Assembly: GCF_004010195.1 (NCBI RefSeq)
Contig: NC_057719.1
Span: forward strand, 39,608,252 to 39,672,251
Direction of reading: 5' to 3'
From: Chiloscyllium plagiosum
Lineage: Eukaryota
DNA length: 64,000 nt
Numbering within the stretch: the first letter of the stretch is position 1; each line of letters starts with the position of its first letter. Below the pieces are notes generated by a model. That model saw only the letters and a program-made list of their open reading frames with translations, was not told where the DNA came from and did not search any database. A program made the position numbers and the translations under genes. Of the stretch, positions 53,101 to 63,834 are shown in pieces.

Positions 53101-54909
53101 AAAAGAATCTAGCAACTACAGAAAAAAAGTTAGAAAATCACTTGATCTGAATTTTTGACAATTGCAGAATCTTTCAATGCAACTCAGTTGTTTCAATAAC
53201 TTGCTTAAAATTAATGGAGAGAAAGTCACACTTACGGAGATGACCCCAAGGTGAGCCACATTTATATCACCTGACAAAAGGAGCCATGCCCAATATTCAT
53301 AAGCATAGTTTCCCAAGCTTTGCCAGGTTCTGCGATGGCCAGAATTGAAAGAAAGCAATGCTAGGAAGCCCCACTTTATCCTAAATGTCAGTGTTGATGA
53401 TGATTGAGCTTCAGGTAGGTGTAGTTCCCACCCACACAGGTTATCTGCAGCCTGATGTGCTGTATGTGTGTACTCCAGCCTAATTATAAGCCACTCCAGG
53501 ATAGTATGTGAAGGGTAGTGTAAACAGTTCAGGCTGTATGTTTCCATTTTTAAACAAAATTGCAAACCTGCCACTTAATTAAATTACCGTCACTCTTGCT
53601 GAAAGAAATTGTCTCAATGCTGGTGTTGAGAACTAGAAGGAATCCACATCCCTCTTTAGCATATGAGCAGCGATTTGAAAAAAATGGAAGAGCTGGGAAC
53701 AAACTGAGGATACCAGCTTGCTAACCTTCATTTATAGCAAGAGGTTACCTCACCTGAATATAAAAGGGTACAATGTAATTTTTCCTCAATTCGTCAGTTC
53801 TGTTTTGAATAATTCAGTCAAAGTTGAAGCCAAAAAGAGATTCCTGCAATTATGCAAGTCATAAAATAATTTCATCAAAAAAAAGCAATTTTAAGAAATT
53901 GCAGAAGACTGAAAACATTCCTTTTTTCATTTTCTGAGCTATGTTGTGGGATTATAGTGTAAAGTAAATATTCAGGGCTTTTCAGATTTCATTTAAACTT
54001 TGTAGGCTATAAACTGAAACACATGATTCCTAGAGCTTTGGCAATAAGTCAGTTACATTATTGCTTTCAGGGAGTGTCAGCAGCACCAAGAACTTGTTAT
54101 TCACCCATTCATGCTATATTTGTACTTCAGCCCATGACCTTTATATTACTCACTTGTACCAGATAGGAGGAAATAATTATCTGGTGACAGCTCAAATTTT
54201 ACTGGGTTTTCAAGCAATTGAAGTAGATACATTTAAACATCTTTCTTTATAGGAAAGAATGACTTTTTTTACATATAGAGGAATATTCTCCTCTTTTGGT
54301 TTTAAGGCACACAGTTAACATTACATTCATATACATTGGCTGTTTCATTCCAAGAATTAATGTGTTTAAAATCCACATTGTTTGAAACAAGAGGTCACAA
54401 GCACAGAGTACAACAGTCATTCTCTTCCATAAATGGATAAGTATGTGGGTTACAGTTTCAGATGTAGTATTTACAGTTAAGTGGAGCATTAGATTTGCCA
54501 GAAGCTGCTCTTAGCTTGAAAAAAGTGTTTAAGGAAGTATACTGAAAAAGGAGATTATTCCAGTTCCCATTTCATGCAAGACTCATGTTCTGACTGAATT
54601 AAACTAGTAGGAGCTTTAACTTTTGGGCAGAAGGTAATGTAGAATTTTTGAAAAAAAAACACACCAGCATTGGAACTTGAAAACAATAGAGAAACACCAG
54701 GGTAGGGGCAAATGAATATTAAAAGACAATAAAGATAATTTAAAAACTAGAGTAAATTTAATTATAGACTGTACTATCAAATAATTGAGCTCAATGCTGG
54801 TTTTAGATGATACTTGTGAAGTAAAACATTTTCCAATGCCTTTGATGGTTCAGATTAAATATTAAAGATAAAATTGAGCAATTCAGTGACATCATCCATT
54901 TGACTTTAC

Positions 54910-55042
54910 CTTCCTCTGAGAGTTTCTCAATAGCACGACGCTCCCCTCTACTGCAGTGAGGGGGAAGGCAGAAGCCACATATACTGCGACCTGTGCGGAC
55001 TCTGCTGCTCAGCACATAATTGGAATCTAGGTCATCACCACC
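54910..55042 (-). CDS. ckb: ckb exon 4 (133 nt): [44 protein letters not shown](A)
   Basis: Acceptor TTTTAAG|, donor AAG|GTAAAG; nucleotide-binding SSRVRTGRS motif. Confidence 0.97.
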
Positions 55043-57139
55043 CTTAAAACAAACACAATCATATTTATTTCTTCCTTTGTGGGTTGTTAATCTATTAAAA
55101 ATGGAATAATAGATGCAAGTGACCTCAATATTAACCAGACTTAATTACAATCCACCAAAAAGGGAATGCAATGCCAGCTTGGCTAGGCTTTTTGCTCACT
55201 TTCCAACTTATAACCTTATTTGGCAGCAGTTATATTGAATCATGTAGAAAAGCAATACAATTTCACATCTAGCATTAAAATTGGCAAGTAGCCAAATGGG
55301 CTTAAGTATTCCTAAAAACAGCAGTATGACAGAATACAAACTCACTTGCAATGTCAGTTCATTCAATAAATAACTCCAAGTAAGTAGATCAAGTTTAAAA
55401 ACTAAATTGCTCAAGGCGTTCAGATGAAAAGGTGCAATACATAAATACCTTTAACTGGATACTGTCTGTAATCTCAGAAATATAAAAAAAAAGTGGTGAA
55501 AATGACCAAATAAAATCAAAGTTTAATTTCCACACAGAGCAATAGGAGGAGGCAGAAAAAGGGTTTTCCTTGAATATAAAGTTTGCAAAAAACAACAATC
55601 CTAATTTGATTATTGTCCTACAATGCATTGATGTACATCTCATTTTATGCATGAATACTTCTTTGCATTCTCCTTCAGTAGAAACAGGCTGACACCAATG
55701 CAGCAGAGGGAATGCTGCATTGTTAGAGCTGTCCTCTTTCAGAAAAGACATTCAACTTTCTAAGCCTTTCTGTTATCACATTGAAACAAAGACCCCTGGA
55801 CCCTCTTGAGAAAGGAGAGAGAGAGAGAGAAAATTGTCCCTTGTATTTGAGTGGGTTAAAAAAAAAACACTCTGATCATAGTCATGCTGCCATTGGCAAA
55901 CTCTTGCTACGTGCAAATTGGCTGCTTTATTTCTACACTACAGGATGTCAAGTGTACCTAGTTTGCTATAAACGAACATTTCTGGTATGGTCGGTGGTCA
56001 TGTATGGTACGATATCAAGACAAGTATTTTTAGTTCCATTTAATACTAGCTAATCACAGCTAGTGTTGAGCTGTAGTATTGTTGGACATTTTATCAAAAT
56101 CTTTGTAACTTGTACTACTCAAGTGTATTAAATGAAAATGTCAAAAGAAAAAGGAAAACATTTTATATTGAATGGGAAGTACATGCTGGCTGGTTAAGAA
56201 GTTAGCAAAGGCATTGCTGTTGAGAATGCACCAGTTAGGTGACTGACAGTTAACTGCCAAGTTTTTTAAAAAAAAATTAGTCAAAGCAATACTCCAAGAA
56301 TGGTATCAGAATGGGTGTAAGCTATTTCACTAAGTTGAAACAGGCAGTGTATATACATTCTCCATGGCAGCAGTTCTACTAATCATCCACAGAATACTCT
56401 AATGGTCTCACTTGACTATAGAAAATGCTGAAAAAGTGACCAAATGAATTCAAGAGGGCAATTTAAATGTTTAATTTCCATGTAAAACAATGTCGGAGAT
56501 AGAGAAAGTTTTCCTTTAAAATAATTTTTTTTTGCAATGAACACTTTTACATTGGTATTCTTTCACATGGGGTTGGACCGAAGGGTCTGATTCCATGCTG
56601 TACATCTCTATGATGGTATGTCCTGATGAGCATAATAAAAAGATTCAACAAAAATACCTCTCAGTAATACTATCATTTGTTAAAACTAGCATAGGGAGAT
56701 CACAAGTCAAGCCTTGCCAGTCCCATTAAAGGCATCATAGCAAGTTACAAAAATTCCTCCAGGCAGCGATTCTCGATGTTAAAAAAGTAGCATCAAAACT
56801 GAAATCAATAGATTCTTCACAAGGTTGCACAACATTAAAATAATGTTAGCAAATGCTCTGACAATCATTTAGCCTAGTAGAAGTATCTATGTAATGCCAG
56901 TTAAAATCCTTCCAGGTCAGAAAGTGTATAGTAGCAATTTTACATTCATTTACTCTTAAAATGTTAAAAACAATCCATTGTATTACTTGCACAGGTGCTC
57001 AACCCACAGGAGATTCAAGGTGGCAGTTCACCACAACTTTAAGGAGCAACTAGGGATGAACAATAAATGCTGGCCAGCTAACGACATCCACATCCCACAA
57101 ATGAATTTTTAAAAATTCAATTAGGAAGAGATCCCTCAC

Positions 57140-57294
57140 CTTGAGATTCTCATGGTTAAGATCAGTTTTATGCTTATCAGTAGGTTTGTAGCCACCGTGA
57201 CGATCCCGAATGACTGGATCAAAGAGGTCCTTAAAAACCACATATGATTCTTCATCACCAGCTACACAACCTACTGTCATAATAAATGGGTGAC
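57140..57294 (-). CDS. ckb: ckb exon 3 (155 nt): [52 protein letters not shown]
   Basis: Acceptor GTACAG|, donor AAG|GTGAG; CK motifs GHPF and RHGGY. Confidence 0.97.
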
Positions 57295-57564
57295 CTGTAC
57301 AGAAAAAAAGCACTTTAATGAATTTTAAAAGTAATCTGTAGCATCAGAAATATGTTGCTTTTAGCTTTTCTAATTGAGAACAACTTTTTCCAATCTTAGA
57401 ACTGGATTGCAATACTGACCATCAAGTCTTCCAAAATACTTGCTTACTTCAATTGAGGTATACACGTTGATATAGAAACCATCGAGACGGTCGTGCAATG
57501 ATATACAAGGATTGGTCTTACGTTCCTTGACAATAGCGAATTTATAAGCAGACAAGAAAAAAAA

Positions 57565-57620
57565 AAATCACTCAAGACTAGAGTGGTGCTGGAAAAGCAC
57601 AGCAGGTCACGCAGCATCCG
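57565..57620 (-). mobile_element. Penelope-terminus fragment in ckb intron 2
   Basis: GTGGTGCTGGAAAAGCACAGCAGGTCACGCAGCATCC matches the PLE end. Confidence 0.75.
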
Positions 57621-57712
57621 CCAAAAATGATCACCCGGGCCACTAAGACAATCGAGTGGAACTCGATTAGTGAAGGAACTGGCCACTCATTCAGCCGATT
57701 GAAAAGTTTTAC

Positions 57713-57863
57713 CGGGGTAATCAATCTCTGTAAATCATCGAGAGTAAAGCCAATGGGATTGGACTTGAGTTTCAATGTCCAGCATTTTGGCCATGTGGTT
57801 GTTGCGTTTGCTCAGATCAGAGCATTCTTCTGGGTATAATCTCTTCATCTTGAACGCGGTCAT
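57713..57863 (-). pseudogene. Degenerate duplicate of ckb exon 2 (pseudo-exon) within intron 2
   Basis: Translates MTAFKMKRLYPEECSDLSKRNNHMAKML, then GFTLDD in a shifted frame, then TEIDYP(G)|GTAAAA. In-frame TGA at 57737-57735; the acceptor-like tract ends in CAC rather than CAG. Confidence 0.88.
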
Positions 57864-58214
57864 TTAGAGGTGCAGGGGGAAAATCACAACTACATTGAAA
57901 TGAAAGCATAAGACGGATCATATCCCGGGTACCATCTACTATCTCTTCACAGAAGGTCGCTGCCGCGCAGGTATAATCCAATTCAATAATGCTTAACAAC
58001 CTAGAGGCTAAAAATCAGAAGCATACTTTAAATAGTGTTTCGATTTTAAATTAATGATCCAAATCAATTATGTAATGGGTCGTCAGGGCAGGCTTTAAAC
58101 ACAACCAATATAAGGTCGGGGTTAGTATACATTTCCCAATTAATTTCTTAATGTTTTTTTGTAGAGCAACGCTTCTGTACGGAGGAAAGCAGATGGCTCA
58201 CAGTACGGGTTTAC

Positions 58215-58407
58215 CTGGGTTGTCAATCCCAGTCTGAATGACATCGTCAAGGGTAAATCCGCTGGAGGTTTGCTTATCTCTCAGCTTGCTATACATCTCC
58301 AGGGTCAGGACTTTAGCCATGTGGTTGTTATGTTGGCTCAAATCCGGGAATTCTTCTTTCCCGGAATATTTCATCTTCAGAAGGTTGTGACTATTGCTGA
58401 ATGGCAT
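58215..58407 (-). CDS. ckb: ckb exon 2 coding part (193 nt; exon starts 58420): [64 protein letters not shown](G)
   Basis: Acceptor TTCGCAG at 58422-58421, Kozak-like ACCATG, donor CCAG|GTAAA. Confidence 0.97.
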
Positions 58408-59452
58408 GGTAACCACTTTACTGCGAACACAAACAAGAGTTTTAGAAATCACATTTTAAAAGACGGACTTTGAATAGTTTTGGTCCCAGCACTTCAAATA
58501 TAATGGAGTCCCATTTGCGGCTATTAAAAAAACACGCTATTCAGCTAGAAAGCTGCTTTATAAACCGTTAATTCGAGAACAAGTTAACCGAAATTTGTAT
58601 AGTGCTTGAAACAAATGATGTTAGTAAACTTCTGGACGATAACAGCAAAGTCTCTAGCATCTTTCAGACACTTTTCTTTCATTTCTAGGTCTCGGTCTCC
58701 GAAAATAATTTACGATTTCGTGATTTTATTTATTTGAAAAAAATAGATTTTTGACATTGAGCTTTTAATACTTTTGCCCTTCCGACATTGTGGATTAGTG
58801 AACAATAATCTCTTGATTATTTCAGAATTCTTTCGTATTGCTGAAGACACTATTGGATTCTCAAATAACCTTCCGATTACGTAAATTCCTCGTCCTTCAT
58901 GACCCTTTCCCGTTGTATTCTATGTAAATTTGAGGACAACTCAAGTACAGCAGCTATCTACGTGTTAAAATCCAGATGTTACAGATTAAAACCAATGGAT
59001 TAGCACAAATACCGTTCTTGATCCTTTCAGGCTTGCTGGATTCTCTCTTAGATGCACAAAAATTAAATTTGAATGAAGTTTCCAATATTAAAAGCATTTT
59101 ACTTCCTAGGAAACTTTCATCAAGATAGAGACAATCCATGAACTCTAATAAAATTCCTTCAATCCTGCTTTATCAGTCAGTCAATGCTCAGGAGAACGCT
59201 CGGAGCCAAATTGCATCCGAGTGAATTATTTTAGAGGTAGGGAACGAGGAGTATAAATGTACAACTACAGTTGACTGTTTCGTTTCATTTCAAAATTATT
59301 TTAATTCACCTTTTCGAATGCTTTGCAATTTATTATATTTGCACTGATGCATCTTGCTAGAGTTTGCATTGAGAGTAAATACATAATAGCTTTGAAGCAA
59401 AAGATTGCAAATTATAGGATAGCGTTTAAACTGTTTTTTTTAATAACCTTAC

Positions 59453-59540
59453 CTGAATGATGAGGATTTTTTTTGTTTTAAGAAACCAGTTTAATTCTCA
59501 GCCTGCTCTTCCCTCCTCAGCCTATCTCCACGCTACCCTG
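59453..59540 (-). other. ckb: ckb non-coding exon 1 (5' boundary approximate)
   Basis: Strong donor CAG|GTAAGG (GT at 59452-59451) lies ~120 nt downstream of the TATA/CCAAT cluster. A non-coding first exon is the known CKB layout. Confidence 0.7.
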
Positions 59541-59670
59541 ATTGGTGTCCAAGCGTTCCACACGTCCCCATTGGATTATATAGCGCGGCGAGAGTGCACT
59601 GCTATTGGCTGCTACTTTTAACCCCACTCACACCACGAACTGTCAATCAAAGTGGAGCCGATTACGTCAT
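59541..59670 (-). promoter_or_regulatory. ckb proximal promoter: CRE/ATF-like TGACGTAA (59669-59662), CCAAT (59608-59604), TATA CTATATAA (59583-59576), CCAAT (59574-59570), CCAAT (59545-59541)
   Basis: Motifs read directly; they are clustered, oriented toward exon 1, and lie in locally CpG-enriched sequence. Confidence 0.75.
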
Positions 59671-60507
59671 CATCACTGGCCCAAGGGCATGTCGTGTGAC
59701 ATCATCAGTGTGCGGTCGGAGTCCACTTGTGGTGTGGGGGTTGGTGAGTTTCTCCTTTTTTGTTATCACGTGTGTTCGTATAAGTTCTTGAAGAAAGAAG
59801 CGTTAAAGGTAAAACCTGTAACGGTTTGCCGAAGCATTCATTAAGATTGCTGGCGTTCAGAGGTTATGTGTGTGCTCCTGCGTAGGACGTTCCTACTAAT
59901 GCAGGTGGTTTTGCGAGTGTGTTATTACCAACACTCGGTTTGCCCCAGACTACCTTAGGTTTGTTTTACACACTGAATTTCAATTTAGCTTAGGTCTGGG
60001 CACCTATGAGGCGGCTTCTGGGCCACCATCATCAGAATTGTATTCAATAACAATATGTAAATTCATTGCCGTGTACATCTCTCAGCCTACCATGTCACCA
60101 AACCAGAGAATTGATCAGCTGAGAACATATGCCGCAGCACCATATATTCCTTAGAATGAGTTGGTGTCACACTCATCACAGGCATGTACCCTAAATAGCA
60201 TATGTGATGGACAGAACAAAGTATTCTGCAATCAGTGGATCAGGTCAAAACTCTGCAGTCCTGCTATGTTTAGTCATATACAGTATAGCAGAAGAAAATT
60301 AAACCAATCAGTAAAGGAGACTGTGTGAAAGTCACTATCCTCATTGATTGGAGCCTGCATGTCAGTGCAAATGAAACTTAAAGCATTTCAACTATCTTTA
60401 GCCAGTAGAGTGAAGAGGATGGTGCATCTCAGTCTTTCCTGAGGTCCCAAACATCACATACTAAACTTTTTTTTTAGGGAAGACAATTTATTATCCTTAC
60501 CCTGACT

Positions 60508-61003
60508 GACCTGTGGCTCAACATTTCAACTCCCCCTCCCACTCCACCAAGGACATGCAGGTCCTTGGACTCCTCCATCGCCAGACCATAGCAACATGAT
60601 GGCTGGAGGAAGAGTGCCTCATCTTCCGCCTCGGAACCCTCCAACCACAAGGGATGAACTCAGACTTTTCCAGTTTCCTCATCCTCCACCCCACCCCACC
60701 TTGTCTCAGTCCCAACCCTTGAACTCAGCACCACCTTCCTAACCTGCAATCTTCTTCTTGCCCACCCCATCACCCCCACCTTATCACCCTCACCTTAACC
60801 TCCTTACACCTATTGCATTTCCAATGCCCCTCCTCCCTACCTTTTATCTTAGCCTGCTTGGCACACTTTCCTCATTGCTGAAGAAGGGCTCATGCCCGAA
60901 ACGTCGATTCTCTGGCTCTTTGGATGCTGCCTGACCTGCTGTGCTTTTCCAGCAACACATTTTCAGCTCTGATCTCCAACATCTGCAGTCCTCACTTTCT
61001 CCA
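60508..61003 (+). mobile_element. Penelope-like 3' fragment with an intact hammerhead core, inserted into a second-family SINE remnant (~60470-61145)
   Basis: VAQHFNSPSHSTKDMQVLGL; CTGAAGA-A-GGGC-TCAT-GCCC-GAAA-CGTC at 60878-60905. Confidence 0.88.
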
Positions 61004-61639
61004 GGCTTACATGTGACCCACAACAATGTGGCTGACTCCTAACTGTCCTCTGTGGAGGCCTAAAAAGTGACTCAATTCAAGGAAAATTGATGAGTAACAA
61101 ATCCTGATCTTGCCAATGATGCCCACACTCTTATGAAATAAAAAAAATGCCAGTTTTAATCTATTACAGACCACTGCATGTGATATAATGGCTAAAGATT
61201 ATGAATAAAACTATAAGCATTGACAGCAATCTGGTGTTAGTTCTGAAGATGTCATCCAGAATTAGCCATGCCCCTTGCCAAGATGTTTCAGTGAAACTAC
61301 AACATTGGCATTACCTGCCCTCCAAATCATTCACCATTTTTGTCTTCTCTCCAAAAACCGATCAAATCTAATTTGGCCAATTACCACTCCATCAGTGTAT
61401 TCTCAATCCAGTGTAATGTCAGGAATTGCATCATTGAGTGTGCCTTCAATTGGCACTTAACTCTGTAATAACCAGTCTGTCAGTGGTTTGTTTGAGTTCC
61501 ACCAAGGTTATGAACCTCTGACCTATTTACAGCTTTGATCTGAACATATTTAATAGAGTGGAAATCAACAAATGAGGTGAGAGTACTGGTCCTGAATCAG
61601 AGAGTACTTGTTGGATGTAGATTCAAAGACTAAGTCAAT

Positions 61640-62560
61640 GCAATCTTGGAACATTCTTCGTTGGTTGGAATCAACCAATTAGGAAATTGGTTGTTGTAGT
61701 TTGAGGCATTTCATCTGAAATTCAGAACACTAGGAGTTTCTCAGAGTAGTTTCCTAGGCCTGACCATTTTCAATGTTTTTCTTTATCATAGTGTCACAAT
61801 TAGGGATATTGCCAAATGATTTCACAATAATCATCATTTGCAATTCCTCAGATACTGAAGCAGTCCATACCACCATATTACCAGCTTAGGCTAGTAAATG
61901 GCAAGTAATGTTTGTGCCATTCAGGTGTCAGGTAGTTAGTATTTCTAACAAGGCAAGATCTATCCATCTTTCCTTGACATTCAACTATATTACAGTTGTG
62001 AAATTCCCTATCATTGATATCCTCAGGTTACATTTACAAGAAACTTAGTTGAACCAGCTATATAAATACTTAAGCTCCAAGATCAGAACAGATGTTAGAT
62101 GTTTTGCAGTGAGTCATTAAGCTCCAGACTCCCAAATGCATATTCACATTTGTGAGGTGCCTTGGAAGAGTGATAGAATACTCTTCACTTAGGCAAAAGT
62201 GAGGACTGCAGATGCTGGAAACCGGAGTTTAGATCAGTGTGGTGCTGGAAAAGCACAGCAGGTCAGGCAGCATCCAAGGAGCAGGAAAATCGACGTTTTG
62301 GAAGGACGTTTGCCCGAAATGTCAATTTTCCTGCTTCTCTGATGTTGCCTGACCTGCTGTGCTTTTCCAGCACCATTCTGATCTATACTCTTCACTTGCC
62401 TAATGAGGGTAGCTCAAACAATATTCAAGAATCTAAATGCCATTCAAGACAAAGCCCTTGATTGGCACCCCCATCCACCACCTTAAGCATTCCTTCCCTC
62501 CATCCCACCACCACAGCATTTTGGCAGCAGTATATCCTGTTTACAAAACACACTGCAACA
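61640..62560 (+). mobile_element. Degenerate second-family LINE RT/3' part
   Basis: Homologous to 11370-11790. Confidence 0.65.
62191..62384. mobile_element. Hairpin Penelope-terminus element with 13-bp TSD
   Basis: TSD ATACTCTTCACTT at 62178-62190 and 62385-62397; inverted arms meet at decayed hammerhead halves. Confidence 0.85.
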
Positions 62561-63329
62561 ACCCACAGCTGGTAGAACTAAAGGCTGCAGACCTGTGGAT
62601 AGCTATTTAACTTTAGTTACATTTGAAGCAGACTGTCCATCAGTTTAGAATTTATTGGTAAACTCTGAATTCAATCTGATATTGTGAATTTATGTGGTGT
62701 TCAAAGAAGTTCTGTAGCGTAGAATTCTTTGGTTTAGTGTCAGAAAGTGCCTAGTCAGATGTATTACATGGCCAAGAGCAGAATAATGTACCCTGTGCTT
62801 TGGAATCTAAACCACAAAGCCTCCTTGTATTTTCTTTTGAGTAGGAAAGTCATTTTCTTTTGCAATTTAGTGCCAAATTAAGGTAGTTTTGTTTTGAGAA
62901 ACTGCTTAAGCTCAGTTTGCCTAAGAACCTTGCCAAACAGTGTGGGATTGTTTATCCATTCAGTTGTGAATGGGATTTGATCTTGTAGGTAAATAGTTTA
63001 GAAATTCAGGGGATGTATGACCTAGTTCCCAATGACAGATAATTTTTAAAGCATAATATTGTACTTAAACTTAGATGCCAGTGACTGCAGCATGAGTAAC
63101 ATTGCATATTAGTAACCCTATTTGCACATTTATTGAGAGTTGGAACTAATGAAAGGTTATCTGTGTATATTCTGAGCTGTGATTCTAGTAGCAGTGTTAA
63201 GGGGTTTATTGTGCTAACTTGCAATGAGCAACATATTAAGTCCACATGAAACAATTGTTTCTGCTACTGTATTCTTGACACAAGTTTCATTACATCCAAT
63301 AAATTAAAGTTGGATGCCTTGGCAGTCTA

Positions 63330-63830
63330 ACTTTAACAGAATTAAAGCACTTGAACAACTAACAGAAGGGGAGCTAAGCACATTAGTGCAACAGACAAGG
63401 CTGAAGCAACAGCATTTATCCTCAACCAGAAGTAATGAGTGCATGATCCATCTTAACATTCTCCTGAGCTCCCCCATTGATCTAATCTCAATCATCAGCG
63501 AAATGGTGAATGAGGTTGTTGATGATATTTTCAAATGGTACTTGCAAACGAATGAACTGCTCACTGATGTTCAGTTTAAGTTCTGTAAAGAACACTGATA
63601 TCCTGACCTCTTCCCAGCTTTGGTCTAAATATGGACTAAAGAACTGAACTCCAGAGGTGAGGTGAAAATGACTGCCCTTGACATCAAGGCAGCATTTGAC
63701 CAAATATGGCATCAAAGAGCCCTTGCAAAACTGGAGTCATTGTGGAGAGTGGGGTGGGTAGAGGTGGGGAAATCCCTCCACTGGAAAGGACAAAGGAAGG
63801 AGACTAAGGAGGTCAGTCATCTTAGCCCAA
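63330..63830 (+). mobile_element. Second-family LINE RT fragment
   Basis: NELLTDVQFKF and MTALDIKAAFDQIWHQRALAKL motifs. Confidence 0.8.
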
Positions 63831-63834
63831 GTTC

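Larger units (their letters stand above)
43830..59540 (-). other. ckb: Creatine kinase B-type gene span (8 exons, first non-coding; TSS and 3' end approximate)
   Basis: The spliced CDS is 1146 nt (381 aa) with canonical GT-AG junctions and exon sizes matching the vertebrate cytosolic CK layout. The N-terminus [15 protein letters not shown] and the motif GFCLPPHC are B-type rather than M-type. The NEED motif and catalytic Cys (LTCPSNLGT) are intact. Confidence 0.95.

Noticed and set aside
44029..58407. Alternative assignment as muscle CK (ckm) or mitochondrial CK
   Set aside because: The N-terminus and GFCLPPH are B-type; there is no transit peptide and the exon layout is the cytosolic one.
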